Positions 31,912-42,406 are shown, numbered from the stretch's first letter. The stretch is 64,000 nucleotides of DNA from a bacterium (GCA_965207065.1 OZ242260.1:1312001-1376000); one strand, 5' to 3'. The notes: a model not told the origin generated them from the sequence alone. Numbers and translations: made by a program.

Positions 31912-34395
31912 TTGCGCGACGAGAAAAATGCCGTGACAAGGGTAATGAACCGGTTCGATGATGGGTGGTACGGTGCCCGCGCCGCGTTCACGCTGAACCG
32001 GGCCTCGATCTGCGCAATCGTCCTTTGCGCCATGTTCGTCCTCACGAACTGCGGGGGCGGAGGAGGTGGGTCGAGAGTACAGCCGCAAGCCGCGGTGATG
32101 CCCGAACCGCAGCCGCAGACCTGTCCGCCGGGGCAGGTCGGAACGCCTCCAAACTGCACCGCTCCGCCTCCCCCGCCGCCGCCAAAAAATTGCATTTCTC
32201 TTCACGACGGGACTTGTTCACCATTCGGAAGTTTCAACACCCGAGCGCAGCAGCTTGCCGGGGAATACCGTCTCAAGGACGGCTTCAAGAACCAGTGGGG
32301 TCTGGCGACCATCGGCGCAGATTCGGCCTACGCCCACGTTAATCTGCTCAAGGGTGAAAACACTGCGCCTGGCGCCGGCGTGACAATCGGCTTCATCGAC
32401 TCGGGCATCGATACGTTACACTCAATGTTCGCGGGTAAGACTGTTACCGAAGTGTTCATGAGCGGCGCCAAGGACGAGACGGGTCTGCCGCGGTCTTCTC
32501 ACGGCACGTCCGTCGCGAGCGTTGCCGCAGGCGTTTACTCATCCGTTAACTCATTCAGCCCGCAAGGCATCGCCCAGGGCGCCGACATCGCCATGTTCGC
32601 GGTTCCCGTAGGAAGCGGAAGCGGCAATTACAACCCCATATCGCTCACGGGATTGGGGAATCGAGACGCCACGTGGGCGCAAGAGTTCAATCAGGTCTTT
32701 GGGTGGCGAAACGGCCAAAAGCACGTTGACATACTGAACATGAGCATCGGCCACAAAGGTCTCATCAACTTCTACAGCGAAACCGATCTCCGCGCCAACT
32801 TCGCCCAGGCGATCACCGCGTTGGCGCAGGCTGGAGCCACCGAGAAGGCGATTATCGTCTGGGCGGCCGGCAACGCTCATGGAAAACCGTGCGATCCTGC
32901 CGTCGTGACAAGCCACTGCGTAGGTGGCTCGGTGGATCCACCTGCTCTCGGAACCGTCGACGCCGTATCGGTCGATGTTCTGCCGGGCCTCGCCGCGCGC
33001 ATCGCTGAGCTTAGAGGACATACCGTCGCCGTCGTGGCGCTCAGATCGAACGATGAGCGGATCACCGGCTTCTCCAACCGCTGCGGCATCGCGGCGGATT
33101 ACTGCATCGCGGCACCGGGACAAGAAATTCGCACCGCTTATTTCGGGCCCGATCGTAACGACGACACCAAGGTTGTCCGAGGCATCGCCCAGAACATCAA
33201 CGGAACGTCCGTCGCCGCGCCGTTCGTGACCGGCGGGCTCGCAATCATGAAACAACTCTTCCGGGATCAGCTCTCGAATACCGAACTGGTGACGCGCCTC
33301 TTTGAAACCGCTGACAACAGTGGCGTGTACGCGAACAGCGCCATCTACGGCCGGGGCAAGCTCGACCTCGCCGCCGCCACGCACCCTGTGGGCGTTCTGG
33401 AAGTTCCGGTCGCGAACGTGAACCGGGTCGGGAACAGCCTGCACGCCACGCGACTGGGTCTCGGGGCTCCGCTCGGCGACGGGCTCGCCCGCTCGTTCGC
33501 AAACCGCGAAATCATGGTCTTGGACGATTTGAGCGCGCCGTTCTGGTACAGGTTGGGTGATTTCGTGGCGACGGCGAAGGGCCCGCCGGTGGACGCGAGA
33601 GTCCGGGGTTTTCTAGCGGGTGCGGATGTGTTCGCAGAGGACGCTGCAAGATCGAATAGCGACGTATCGAGATGGTCTGGGGTGAGGGTTCAGAATTCTT
33701 CGACGAAAACTGGAGGCGGCCACCTCGCACTGGCCGAGGGGGGAATGATGGCGACCCTCAAAGGCCGGGCGGGTCTTTCCGCCTCGGTGTTCGGTACCAA
33801 CCACGAGCATGACGCGGTGGGCGGGACGCTGGGCTGGCGGCCGGGTGGCTCGCCGCTCGGCCTTAGCATCGGTTGGATAACCGAGGATGAGACCATTTTA
33901 GGAGGTGAGGGCCAGGGAGCCTTCGGTTCGCTGGCGGCGGATACCGCCTTCATCCGCATCGAGGGAGACGTTAGGCTCGGCGCGTGGCGTGTCGGAGCAG
34001 ACGCGGAATGGGGGAGTGTGCGCCCGCAGGCCCGAGGCGGGATCATCGAGGAGGTCTCGCCGATTTCGACCAGCGCGTTCGCACTCCACGCCCGCGCCGC
34101 CATTACGAATGAGGATACTCTGCATTTTTCCCTCTCACAGCCCTTGCGCGTCGAGGACGGCCGTGCGTCGCTTACGCTTCCGGTGGCGCGAACCAAGGAC
34201 GGGCGGGTGCTGCGTAGCTCCATCGCGTCGCCTCTCGCGCCCGATGAGCGTCAGGTCGACGTCGCCGCTAGTTGGGAGAGACCGCTCGCAGACGGACGGC
34301 TCCGCCTCGGCGTCATCTGGAGCCATAATCCCGGCCACAGCAACTCCGCCGAACCGCTGCTGACGTTTCTCGCCGGCTGGCGGCGGAGATTCTGA
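31912..34395 (+). CDS. S8 subtilisin-like serine protease, lipoprotein-like N-terminus and C-terminal beta-barrel
   Basis: Triad FIDSG, SHGT, GTSVAAP; AAGN; LTNC-GGGG; terminal Phe. Start uncertain (31933 or 31945 possible). Confidence 0.85.
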   Translation: MRDEKNAVTRVMNRFDDGWYGARAAFTLNRASICAIVLCAMFVLTNCGGGGGGSRVQPQAAVMPEPQPQTCPPGQVGTPPNCTAPPPPPPPKNCISLHDGTCSPFGSFNTRAQQLAGEYRLKDGFKNQWGLATIGADSAYAHVNLLKGENTAPGAGVTIGFIDSGIDTLHSMFAGKTVTEVFMSGAKDETGLPRSSHGTSVASVAAGVYSSVNSFSPQGIAQGADIAMFAVPVGSGSGNYNPISLTGLGNRDATWAQEFNQVFGWRNGQKHVDILNMSIGHKGLINFYSETDLRANFAQAITALAQAGATEKAIIVWAAGNAHGKPCDPAVVTSHCVGGSVDPPALGTVDAVSVDVLPGLAARIAELRGHTVAVVALRSNDERITGFSNRCGIAADYCIAAPGQEIRTAYFGPDRNDDTKVVRGIAQNINGTSVAAPFVTGGLAIMKQLFRDQLSNTELVTRLFETADNSGVYANSAIYGRGKLDLAAATHPVGVLEVPVANVNRVGNSLHATRLGLGAPLGDGLARSFANREIMVLDDLSAPFWYRLGDFVATAKGPPVDARVRGFLAGADVFAEDAARSNSDVSRWSGVRVQNSSTKTGGGHLALAEGGMMATLKGRAGLSASVFGTNHEHDAVGGTLGWRPGGSPLGLSIGWITEDETILGGEGQGAFGSLAADTAFIRIEGDVRLGAWRVGADAEWGSVRPQARGGIIEEVSPISTSAFALHARAAITNEDTLHFSLSQPLRVEDGRASLTLPVARTKDGRVLRSSIASPLAPDERQVDVAASWERPLADGRLRLGVIWSHNPGHSNSAEPLLTFLAGWRRRF

Positions 34396-34582
34396 GCGGC
34401 GCCACCTGAAACTGAAAATCGTCGAAAAAAAGCAGGTGCAGGAGTCTTGAGGTTTCACCCCGTGTGTGTCCTCACACTGGCGCGGCGAATCTTCCTCGCT
34501 GAATCGCGGCAGCCGGGCGGTGTTTTCCCGCAATGAGTATAGCCACCGCCCCTCCTTGTGATATAGAATGGCGGCCCTTCGC

Positions 34583-34674
34583 GGAGAGATGGCCGAGTGG
34601 CTGAAGGCGCTCGCCTGCTAAGCGAGTAGGCTGGGAAACCGGCCTCGAGGGTTCGAATCCCTCTCTCTCCGCCA
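34583..34674 (+). tRNA. tRNA-Ser(GCT)
   Basis: Acceptor GGAGAGA/TCTCTCC-G-CCA; anticodon arm CTCGC-CTGCTAA-GCGAG; long variable arm. Confidence 0.97.
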
Positions 34675-34792
34675 CTCGCAAGCCCGCCTGATGTTACCCT
34701 AGCTCCCGGCACATCACCGGCGCCGCCTTGTTCTTCCCGGTGCTTCGGAAGAAGACGATGTTCACCCCGGAACCGGCAATTGGGAGAATACG

Positions 34793-35263
34793 ATGCGGCG
34801 CAACTTCTTTCGCCTGAACGCAACCCAGCAATTTCCCATCGAACTGGACGCCGCCTGGGATTTTTTCTCCAATCCCCGGAATTTGAAGGAGATTACGCCT
34901 CCTGAACTTCATCTGGTCGTCGAAAACGAGTTGCCGTCAAAGATGCACACCGGCGCCCTCATCTGCTACCGGGTGCGGCCCCTTCTGGGGATTCCGGTTC
35001 ACTGGGTCACGGAGATCACGCACGTGGAAGAGGGCCGTCTCTTCGTGGACGAGCAGCGCTTCGGCCCCTATCGCTTCTGGCACCACCAGCACCATTTTCA
35101 ACCGATCAAAGGGGGTGTGGAGATGCGTGACATCATCCATTACAAGCTACCGCTGGGGCCCTTCTCGTTCCTCGCCGACAGCTTCGTAGTAAGCCGGCAA
35201 TTGCGCCGCATCTTCTCCTACCGGGAAGAGGTACTCGTGCAGCGCTTCGGCCAGCTGAATTGA
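34793..35263 (+). CDS. SRPBCC/cyclase family protein
   Basis: WDFFSNPRNL..ITPP, FVDEQRFGPYRFWHHQH. Confidence 0.85.
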   Translation: MRRNFFRLNATQQFPIELDAAWDFFSNPRNLKEITPPELHLVVENELPSKMHTGALICYRVRPLLGIPVHWVTEITHVEEGRLFVDEQRFGPYRFWHHQHHFQPIKGGVEMRDIIHYKLPLGPFSFLADSFVVSRQLRRIFSYREEVLVQRFGQLN

Positions 35264-35394
35264 ATCGCCCCATTCTATAGACTTGGAGCACGACACACTA
35301 TAGAACATGAACCACCCGACCGGACTCACCTCAACCGAGTTGCCCGGGAAGATGGGAAAACGCACCTTTTCACGCAACCACCCGGAGAAACACA

Positions 35395-36225
35395 ATGAAA
35401 ATCATACTCGCAATCGCCCTCTCGCTCTTCATGACTTCAGCCTCTTTCGCGCAGGAGATCGTAAAGGAAAAGCCCTCCAACCCGGTTCTTTTGATGAAGA
35501 CGAATTTCGGCGACCTCTACATCGAGATGTTCCCCGAGGAAGCGCCCAAGACGGTGGCCAACTTCATGGACCTCGCCACGGGCAAGCGCGCTTTCGTTGA
35601 CCACAAGACCAGCAAGAAAGTGAAACGCCCGTTCTATGACGGTCTGAAGTTTCACCGCGTCATCAAGGAGTTCATGATCCAGGGAGGCGACCCCAAGGGA
35701 AACGGCACCGGAGGTCCCGGCTACAACTTCGAGGATGAGATCAACGCCGAAGCCCTGGGTCTCCATAAACAAAAGGCTTTGAAGGACGGCCGCCCCCATG
35801 CTTATTTGCCCATCAGGAACCAGAGCGATTTTCAGCGCACCTTGGTGCAGCCCCTGTTACAGAAGATGGGCATCCGCTCCCAGGCCGATCTCGACAAGCG
35901 CAGGGAAGAAGTGAAGAAGCGCATCAACGAGCTCACGCTCAAGGATGCATATGAGAACATGGGCTATCGCTTCAACGAGAAATTCAAATCACGCCCGCCC
36001 CAAAAGGGCGTGCTCGCGATGGCGAACTCGGGCCCCAACACAAATGGATCGCAGTTTTTCATCAACCTGATCGACACGCCCTGGCTCACCGGCAAACACA
36101 CGGTATTCGGAAGAGTGGTGAAAGGGATGGATGTGGTGGAGAAAATCGGCGAAACACCCGTAGGGGCGGGAAGCATGCCCCAGGAAGAGGTGAAAATCAT
36201 CTCGATCCGGCTTCACACTCCCTGA
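35395..36225 (+). CDS. Exported cyclophilin-type peptidyl-prolyl isomerase
   Basis: Signal peptide; FHRVIKEFMIQGGDP, AMANSGPNTNGSQFFI, WLTGKHTVFG. Confidence 0.93.
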   Translation: MKIILAIALSLFMTSASFAQEIVKEKPSNPVLLMKTNFGDLYIEMFPEEAPKTVANFMDLATGKRAFVDHKTSKKVKRPFYDGLKFHRVIKEFMIQGGDPKGNGTGGPGYNFEDEINAEALGLHKQKALKDGRPHAYLPIRNQSDFQRTLVQPLLQKMGIRSQADLDKRREEVKKRINELTLKDAYENMGYRFNEKFKSRPPQKGVLAMANSGPNTNGSQFFINLIDTPWLTGKHTVFGRVVKGMDVVEKIGETPVGAGSMPQEEVKIISIRLHTP

Positions 36226-36281
36226 TTTCCAGGTGCAAGAGCAGGAGCGACGCGCTCACCAGGCAGCGCCCTCGCTTAAGG

Positions 36282-36890
36282 CTACATCTCGCGGCGGCCC
36301 TCTAGCGATCGGGTGAGCGTCATTTCGTCCGCGTATTCGAGATGACTGCCCATGGGCAAGCCGTGGGCCAGCTGGGTGACGCGCACACCGAGCGGCTTGA
36401 GCACCTGGGCGAGATAAAGAGCAGTCCCCTCGCCCGCCATGTTGGGATTCAGAGCAAGAATCACCTCTTTCACCTCGCCCGTCTTCACCCGCTCGATGAG
36501 TTTGGCGATGGTGAGGTCTTCGGGTTCCACCCCGTCCAGAGGAGAAATGACGCCCATCAGCACGTGGTAGCGGCCCTTCACGCCTCCCGCACGCTCCACG
36601 GCAAACACGTCGGCAGGTTCTTCCACTACGCAGATGACGCCGGGGTTGCGCGCGCCACAGACCGAGCAGTCAACGCCGCCTGCTTCACCCTCCACGAGCA
36701 TTGAACACGTGCCGCACAGGCCCACTTTTTCATGAAGCGCCTCGCACGAAGCGGCAATTTTTCCGGCGGCTTCTGGGTCCTTGCCCAGAAGGTGAAAGAC
36801 GAACCGCTGCGCGCTCTTCGGCCCCACCCCCGGAAGGCGGCGAAACGCATCGATGCACTCTTCAATGGCGGGAAACCGGCTCAACTGCAT
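36282..36890 (-). CDS. recR: Recombination mediator RecR
   Basis: LPGVGPKSAQR HhH, C4 finger, CVVE, YHVL, Toprim. Confidence 0.95.
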   Translation of the reverse strand: MQLSRFPAIEECIDAFRRLPGVGPKSAQRFVFHLLGKDPEAAGKIAASCEALHEKVGLCGTCSMLVEGEAGGVDCSVCGARNPGVICVVEEPADVFAVERAGGVKGRYHVLMGVISPLDGVEPEDLTIAKLIERVKTGEVKEVILALNPNMAGEGTALYLAQVLKPLGVRVTQLAHGLPMGSHLEYADEMTLTRSLEGRREM

Positions 36891-36970
36891 GGCGTTTTCT
36901 CACTCGCGTTTCAAGCAGCGGCCAGAAACGACGAAGAAAACGATGAGCGGCGCAAAGGCCGCGCATCGAC

Positions 36971-37288
36971 TCAGAACATACCGGGTATGGGCAGACCGCC
37001 TGTGAGTTTCTTCATCTCCTCGGACATCATGTCCTTACCTTTTCGGGAAGCCTCGTTGCATGCGGCGCGCACCAGATCCTCGAGCATCTCCACGTCGTCG
37101 GGGTCAACCACCTGCGGGTCTATCTTCACCGAAACTACGTCGCCCGCTCCGTTGGCGATCACGCTCACCATGCCGCCGCCGGCGGAAGCCTCCACGGTCT
37201 TCGTAGCCATCTCTTCCTGGAGCTTGGCCATTTTGTCTTGGATCTGACGCGCCTGTTTCATCAGATTACCGATGCCGCCTTTTAACAT
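36971..37288 (-). CDS. ybaB: YbaB/EbfC nucleoid-associated protein
   Basis: LMKQA, SAGGGMV, DVEMLEDLV; between dnaX and recR. Confidence 0.95.
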   Translation of the reverse strand: MLKGGIGNLMKQARQIQDKMAKLQEEMATKTVEASAGGGMVSVIANGAGDVVSVKIDPQVVDPDDVEMLEDLVRAACNEASRKGKDMMSEEMKKLTGGLPIPGMF

Positions 37289-37319
37289 GAGAATCTCCCC
37301 GAGGTGTTTCCCTCACCAC

Positions 37320-39050
37320 TCAAGCGAATGAATTTCCATCCGATTTTCGCATCCGCCCATGGCGAATGTCGACTATCTTTCCGTTGAACAAATCAACGAT
37401 TTCCTGAATCACCGCTTCTTCTTGCTCATCCAGTTTCTGGCCGCGCGCATTGCTCGTCTCCCCGGCCTCTTGTCCGGGTTGCGATTGCGCTCCATTTTCC
37501 ACGCCCGCAATCTCGACCTTGGCGCTCCAGGGGGAATGCGACCTGAAGAATTCCTCGATTTCGGGCAGGACTTCTTGCGCCATGTGCAGGCCCTGCGCGT
37601 TTCTGTTTTCCCGGGCGAGAACCACGTGGATGATCCCTTCTGTCTCCAGATCGAGTTCGACGCCATGGAAAAGCGGACGCCTCATCGGGCGCAAGGCCTC
37701 CACCGCTCCAGTCCACACCCGGCGCGCCTCTATGGAATCCCACTCCCTCTCTTCTGCCTGTGCGACGGGAGAACTCCCCGAAGCAGGTTCAGTCGCCGGC
37801 GGCGACGTGGCGGGGGCCGTGGTTTCCCGGGTAGCCGGAGGCGACGCGCCGCTGGGGGGTTCGGTCCGCGGCGAGGGGGCGCGGGGAGGATTCGGCGCCG
37901 CTCCCCCGCTTATAGACTCGAGCCTCTCCATTAAAGCGCCCAGTTCCGCTATTGGCTCGATCTGGCACATGCGAAGAATCGCGACCTCGAGCGTCATTCG
38001 GGGATGGTCCGATGTCCTGAGTTCGAACTCTGCACCCTGCAGAATGGAATACGCCTGATGCGCTTCGGCGAAACTCATTTTCGTGGCCACCTGCTTGCGA
38101 TCTTCGATTTCCGAAGCCGCCACCTCAAAGAGTGCTTCGTCGTCACCGGCGGACAGGAGCACCATACAATCGCGCAAATACTCGAGCAGGTTCGCGGAGA
38201 AGAGTTTGAGATCGTGGCCTGCGTCGAAGAGGCCTTTGAGTTCGGTGAGCGCCTTGTTGCCGTCGCGCGCGATCACCGCCTCGACCAATGCTTTGTGGAT
38301 GCTGCCCGAGGGCACCCCGAGCACTTTTTCCACTTCTACGCTCGATACCGGATCCTCGGCGGCAAAAGCCAGCACCTGATCAAGCAGAGACTGCGCATCG
38401 CGGATGCTCCCCTCTCCCATCCGTGCCAGCAACTTGACGGCCGCCTCGTCCATCTTCCTCCCCTGCGCATCGACGATTATAGAGAGATGCGCCGCGATGA
38501 CGGAGGTTGTGATCCTCCTGAACTCGAACACCTGGCAGCGGCTCAATATAGTGTCGGGTACGTTTTTGACTTCCGTGGTGGCCAGAATAAAGACGACGTG
38601 GGGTGGTGGTTCCTCGAGCGTTTTCAGCAGAGCGTTGAAGGAGCTTTTAGAGAGCATGTGCACTTCATCGAAAATCACCGTCTTGTAGCGCCCGCGCGCG
38701 GGCTGGTAGCGAAGGCCCTCGCGCAACTCACGCACGTTGTCCACTCCTGTATAGGTGGCGGCGTCGATTTCCAGTATATCGGGATGGCTACCTCTGGTGA
38801 TCTCCTCGCACGATGAACACTCATTGCACGGCTCGGGCAGAGGACCGTCTCCTGATTCGCAATTGAGCGCTTTTGCGAGAATGCGCGCGGTGGTCGTTTT
38901 GCCGACCCCGCGCGTTCCGCTGAACAGATAAGCGGAGGCGACGCGCCCCGATGCGAGCGCGTTTGAGAGCGTTCGCCGGATGTGCTCCTGGCCGATGAGT
39001 TCCTCGAAACGCTGCGGACGCCATTTCCTGGCGCTGCCAATGAAGGCCAT
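37320..39050 (-). CDS. dnaX: DNA polymerase III subunit gamma/tau
   Basis: ARKWRPQ, GTRGVGKTT, DEVHML, NALLKTLEEPP, SRC. Real start MAFIG at 39050; the longer ORF runs into the SRP RNA. Confidence 0.95.
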   Translation of the reverse strand: MAFIGSARKWRPQRFEELIGQEHIRRTLSNALASGRVASAYLFSGTRGVGKTTTARILAKALNCESGDGPLPEPCNECSSCEEITRGSHPDILEIDAATYTGVDNVRELREGLRYQPARGRYKTVIFDEVHMLSKSSFNALLKTLEEPPPHVVFILATTEVKNVPDTILSRCQVFEFRRITTSVIAAHLSIIVDAQGRKMDEAAVKLLARMGEGSIRDAQSLLDQVLAFAAEDPVSSVEVEKVLGVPSGSIHKALVEAVIARDGNKALTELKGLFDAGHDLKLFSANLLEYLRDCMVLLSAGDDEALFEVAASEIEDRKQVATKMSFAEAHQAYSILQGAEFELRTSDHPRMTLEVAILRMCQIEPIAELGALMERLESISGGAAPNPPRAPSPRTEPPSGASPPATRETTAPATSPPATEPASGSSPVAQAEEREWDSIEARRVWTGAVEALRPMRRPLFHGVELDLETEGIIHVVLARENRNAQGLHMAQEVLPEIEEFFRSHSPWSAKVEIAGVENGAQSQPGQEAGETSNARGQKLDEQEEAVIQEIVDLFNGKIVDIRHGRMRKSDGNSFA

Positions 39051-39112
39051 CAAGAATCCATCCCAAGGATTTTCGTCATCAAAGGGCCCCATACCCCATG
39101 AGCAACGCGCAG

Positions 39113-39250
39113 ACCCTGCGATGAAGTCGACCGGCCAGGCGCCCTCGTGGCACCCGGGAGTATCCACTTACCGCTGCTTCCTTCCGGACCTGACGGGGTT
39201 CGCGGGCTCCCGCCGCACGAGACCCAACCGGCCGAATTCATCGCAGGCTC
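39113..39250 (-). ncRNA. ffs: Signal recognition particle RNA (4.5S)
   Basis: Minus strand GTCAGGTCCGGAAGGAAGCAGC in a long hairpin; upstream of dnaX; ends approximate. Confidence 0.92.
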
Positions 39251-39538
39251 TTCAGAAATCCTACCCCGTCCCCCGGCCTTTGGAAAGCGGGGGAGTCGGC
39301 ATTTTGGTGAGGGTGGACTGCATGACGGATAACCTTCCATATAACATGGCGTTAGGGGGTGCCTCCTCCAGGAAGGTGCCGCCCACGGGAGGGAATCAAC
39401 CCTCAGAATAAATGCTGACTTGGATCGCCATTTAGCTCGGAATGGGGTTACAATACAATGTTCAAGCTTCTAACCACGTGATGCCCTCGCGGTACCGTAT
39501 TTTTTTTTCGGGCCGAACACGGAAAGGCCGCCGGACGC

Positions 39539-40402
39539 ATGCCTTACTCGAAAGTCGTCGAACTCACGGAAGGAAAGGTTTACGCCCTCCACAATACTTT
39601 TCCCCTGGACGGGCGGATCAGCGCATATCCCATCAGCGCACGCGGGCACAGCGTCTCGAACTGCTTTCTATTGAAAGATGACTCAGGTGCGCTCCTGCTC
39701 GATACGGGCTACGCCGCCCACGAGGCCGAAATTCTGGCGCAGCTGGAATCTCTCATCGACCCCGATTCGCCCCTGCATCTGCTTCCATTGCGAATCAACG
39801 AATTCATGTCTGTGGGCAACGCCATGGCGATCGCCAAGCGCTTCAACGTGGTGGAGTGCCTCGCCCCGGTGCCGGAAATCAACGAGTGGCTCGAGTTCGA
39901 AGCGCTCGAGCCCGGCGGCGGAAACAACGGCAATCCCATCCTTCCCACCACGATATTGAAACCGCTTCATCCCATCGAAATCGGCGATAGATACATCGAG
40001 GTGATGATCGCGCCGATTCGTCTCATCAGCACCCGCTGGATTTACGATGCGGCCACGCGCACGCTGTTCACCTCGGACATGTTCAGCCATCTTTGGACGG
40101 ATAGGGCGGAAGGTCCCTGGCTGCTGGATGAAGACGAGGTGACGACGACTTCTTTCGTTCGCTCGTTCCTGCTGAACACGCGCTACTGGTGGCTCGAGGG
40201 TGCGAGGACAAATTCCATCCGCAAAGGGGTCGCCGAAGTCTTCGAGCGCTACGATATCGAGACCATCGCTCCGGGCTACGGCGCCATCCTGCGCGGGCGT
40301 CATCTGGTAGAGCAGCAATTCGCCGTGCTGGATGAGGTTCTGGCGGGTTTCGACCGGAGCGTCGTCAAACCAGGGTACGTCGCATTGGGATTAGAGAGAT
40401 AG
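39539..40402 (+). CDS. Metallo-beta-lactamase-fold protein (FprA/ODP-like) with degenerate metal ligands
   Basis: NCFLL..LLDTG, LFTSDMF, IAPGYG. Confidence 0.7.
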   Translation: MPYSKVVELTEGKVYALHNTFPLDGRISAYPISARGHSVSNCFLLKDDSGALLLDTGYAAHEAEILAQLESLIDPDSPLHLLPLRINEFMSVGNAMAIAKRFNVVECLAPVPEINEWLEFEALEPGGGNNGNPILPTTILKPLHPIEIGDRYIEVMIAPIRLISTRWIYDAATRTLFTSDMFSHLWTDRAEGPWLLDEDEVTTTSFVRSFLLNTRYWWLEGARTNSIRKGVAEVFERYDIETIAPGYGAILRGRHLVEQQFAVLDEVLAGFDRSVVKPGYVALGLER

Positions 40403-40410
40403 GAGCGCTC

Positions 40411-41172
40411 ATGAGCTATCCTCTGCCCCGTGAAGTCTCGCCCGGCGTATTCTGGCTCGGCGACTGCCTCGTGCAGCACTCACAAGGCAAAATCTATCAC
40501 TCCTACAACGCGGCCTTCCTCGTCATCGGCTCAGAAGCCTCCATGCTCGTGGAGACGGGACATCCCAAGGATTTTCCCATTATCGAAGGGCAGATGAGAG
40601 ATATACTTGCCAAAGGCGGCGGGCCGCTCAAACACCTTTTCCTCACCCATCAGGAAACGCCCCACTCGGGCGGTCTGGGCCGCGTGCTCGACAGATACCC
40701 CGACCTCACCATCCACGGGGACATGTGCGACTACCATCTGGCGTTTCCCGAGCACGAGGGACGCTTCCAGGAGATGCGCGTGGGAGACGCCATCGACTTA
40801 GGAAATACGCAATTCATGGCCGTGGAGCCCGTGATCAGGGACTTGAGGAGTTCTCTCTGGGGATTCGAAACCAAAGGGCGCGTGCTGTTTCCCGGAGACG
40901 GCTTCGCCTACAGCCACTACCATACCGATGGTCACTGCGGAATGTTCGCCGAGGAGGCCACTTCTCTCGATCTGGTTGATGTGCTGGGCGTTTTCGCCGA
41001 ACGCGCCCTGTTCTGGACCACCTTCACCGACATGAACATCTACGCCGACAAACTCGAAGAACTGATGGCCGAGTTAAACGTCGAAATCGTAGCGCCGACG
41101 CACGGCCTCCCCATACGGGACATCGCGCGCACGATGCCGAAAGTCCGAGAAGGCCTAATCCAGGGCAATTAA
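40411..41172 (+). CDS. Metallo-beta-lactamase-fold protein (FprA/ODP-like)
   Basis: SYNAAFL, VETG, THQETPH, FPGDGF, APTHG. Confidence 0.78.
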   Translation: MSYPLPREVSPGVFWLGDCLVQHSQGKIYHSYNAAFLVIGSEASMLVETGHPKDFPIIEGQMRDILAKGGGPLKHLFLTHQETPHSGGLGRVLDRYPDLTIHGDMCDYHLAFPEHEGRFQEMRVGDAIDLGNTQFMAVEPVIRDLRSSLWGFETKGRVLFPGDGFAYSHYHTDGHCGMFAEEATSLDLVDVLGVFAERALFWTTFTDMNIYADKLEELMAELNVEIVAPTHGLPIRDIARTMPKVREGLIQGN

Positions 41173-41209
41173 AACGGAAGATCTCACCTGGGTCCGCCAA
41201 AAATAAACC

Positions 41210-41608
41210 CTAGACGTCCTCCACCAGCTCCCACAGCGTGCCCATGGTGCTCTTGGGCTTGATGAAGGCGATGAGGTGCCCGCCGAAGCCGGGCCTGGAT
41301 TTCTCATCGATGAGTTCGAAGCCCTGCGCCTTCATGTCAGCCAGCACACCGTCGATGTTCTTCACGTCAAAGGCCACGTGGTGGAGGCCCTCGCCGCGCT
41401 CTTCGATGAACTTGGCGAGAGGGGTGTCCTGCCTGATGGGCGAGATGGGCTCGATGAGGTCGCCGCCCAGGTCCAGCATGGCCAGATCGGTCGCGCCGTC
41501 GGCAGAGGTCTCCCGCGCCAGCAGCTTCGCTCCCATGCCCTCGTATAGGGCGATGGCGGCGTCCATATCCTTCACCGCAACGCCGATGTGATGAAACTTG
41601 TTGAACAT
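41210..41608 (-). CDS. VOC-family protein, methylmalonyl-CoA epimerase-like
   Basis: HHIGVAV, RGEGLHHVAF, AFIKPKSTMGTLWELVE. Confidence 0.85.
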   Translation of the reverse strand: MFNKFHHIGVAVKDMDAAIALYEGMGAKLLARETSADGATDLAMLDLGGDLIEPISPIRQDTPLAKFIEERGEGLHHVAFDVKNIDGVLADMKAQGFELIDEKSRPGFGGHLIAFIKPKSTMGTLWELVEDV

Positions 41609-41820
41609 ATCCGCATTCCTCCCGGCCTCGCGCGGCGGCGGAACGCGCTCCCCTCGCCGCGCCGGCCATTCATAGATTTGGTGACCCCCTGTTTAGCAGG
41701 CTTGGCGCGATTCCTCAATCAAACCCGCCTGGGAAACTATATTTCAGAGAGCGTTTGTCGTATCCTTCGTACATCAACACTATTAAACGAGCCGCATATT
41801 CATCCATGAGGAGAACATCC

Positions 41821-42384
41821 ATGCAAGAAGGCCCCATCGACGGACACAGCACCTCCACCGTGCTGGGCGAGCGCGTCATCGACAAGCCCGAACACCCGGC
41901 CGGAGGACTCTTTACCGACAACACCGTCCACACGGAGATGCACGAGGGCTCCCTGCAGCTCAAACGCGGCGCCGCCGGAAAATTCGAGATATTCTGCGAC
42001 GAGGGCGCGGGAATCGGCGGCACGGCCCAATACCCCACGCCCATGGCCTATCTCGCGATGGCGACGGGGTTCTGACTGCTCACCCAGGTGTCGCGGTACG
42101 CGCACATGATGAAAATGGAAATCAAAGGAGCGAGCGTCTCTGTCCGGTTCCGAAAACTTTTGGGCGGCTCGGTGCTCAAGGGCACCGTGTTCAACAAGTG
42201 GGAGAGCGTGGACACGCACCTGAAAGTCGAATCGGACGAGCCCGCGGACAGGCTCGCCCACCTCATCAAGAACGCCAAGAACGGCTGTTTCGCCGAGGCC
42301 CTCATTTCAGAGCCCGTGCCGCTCAACTCCACCATCGAGGTGAACGGCGAGCCCTTCAAGATAGAGGGCGTGACGGCGGATTAA
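41821..42384 (+). CDS. OsmC/Ohr-like peroxidase, predicted selenoprotein (Sec85, TGA 42073-42075)
   Basis: AGGAG RBS; DEG..IGG....PTP..YL..GF-TGA-LLTQ reads in frame into the 42088-42384 ORF with second Cys (NGCF); hairpin after the TGA. Confidence 0.88.
42085..42108 (+). promoter_or_regulatory. Bacterial SECIS-like hairpin (OsmC-like gene)
   Basis: GTG-(bulged T)-CGCG-GTA-CGCG-CAC beginning 13 nt after the TGA. Confidence 0.75.
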
Positions 42385-42406
42385 CATCAATACATGGAGT
42401 TTATGG

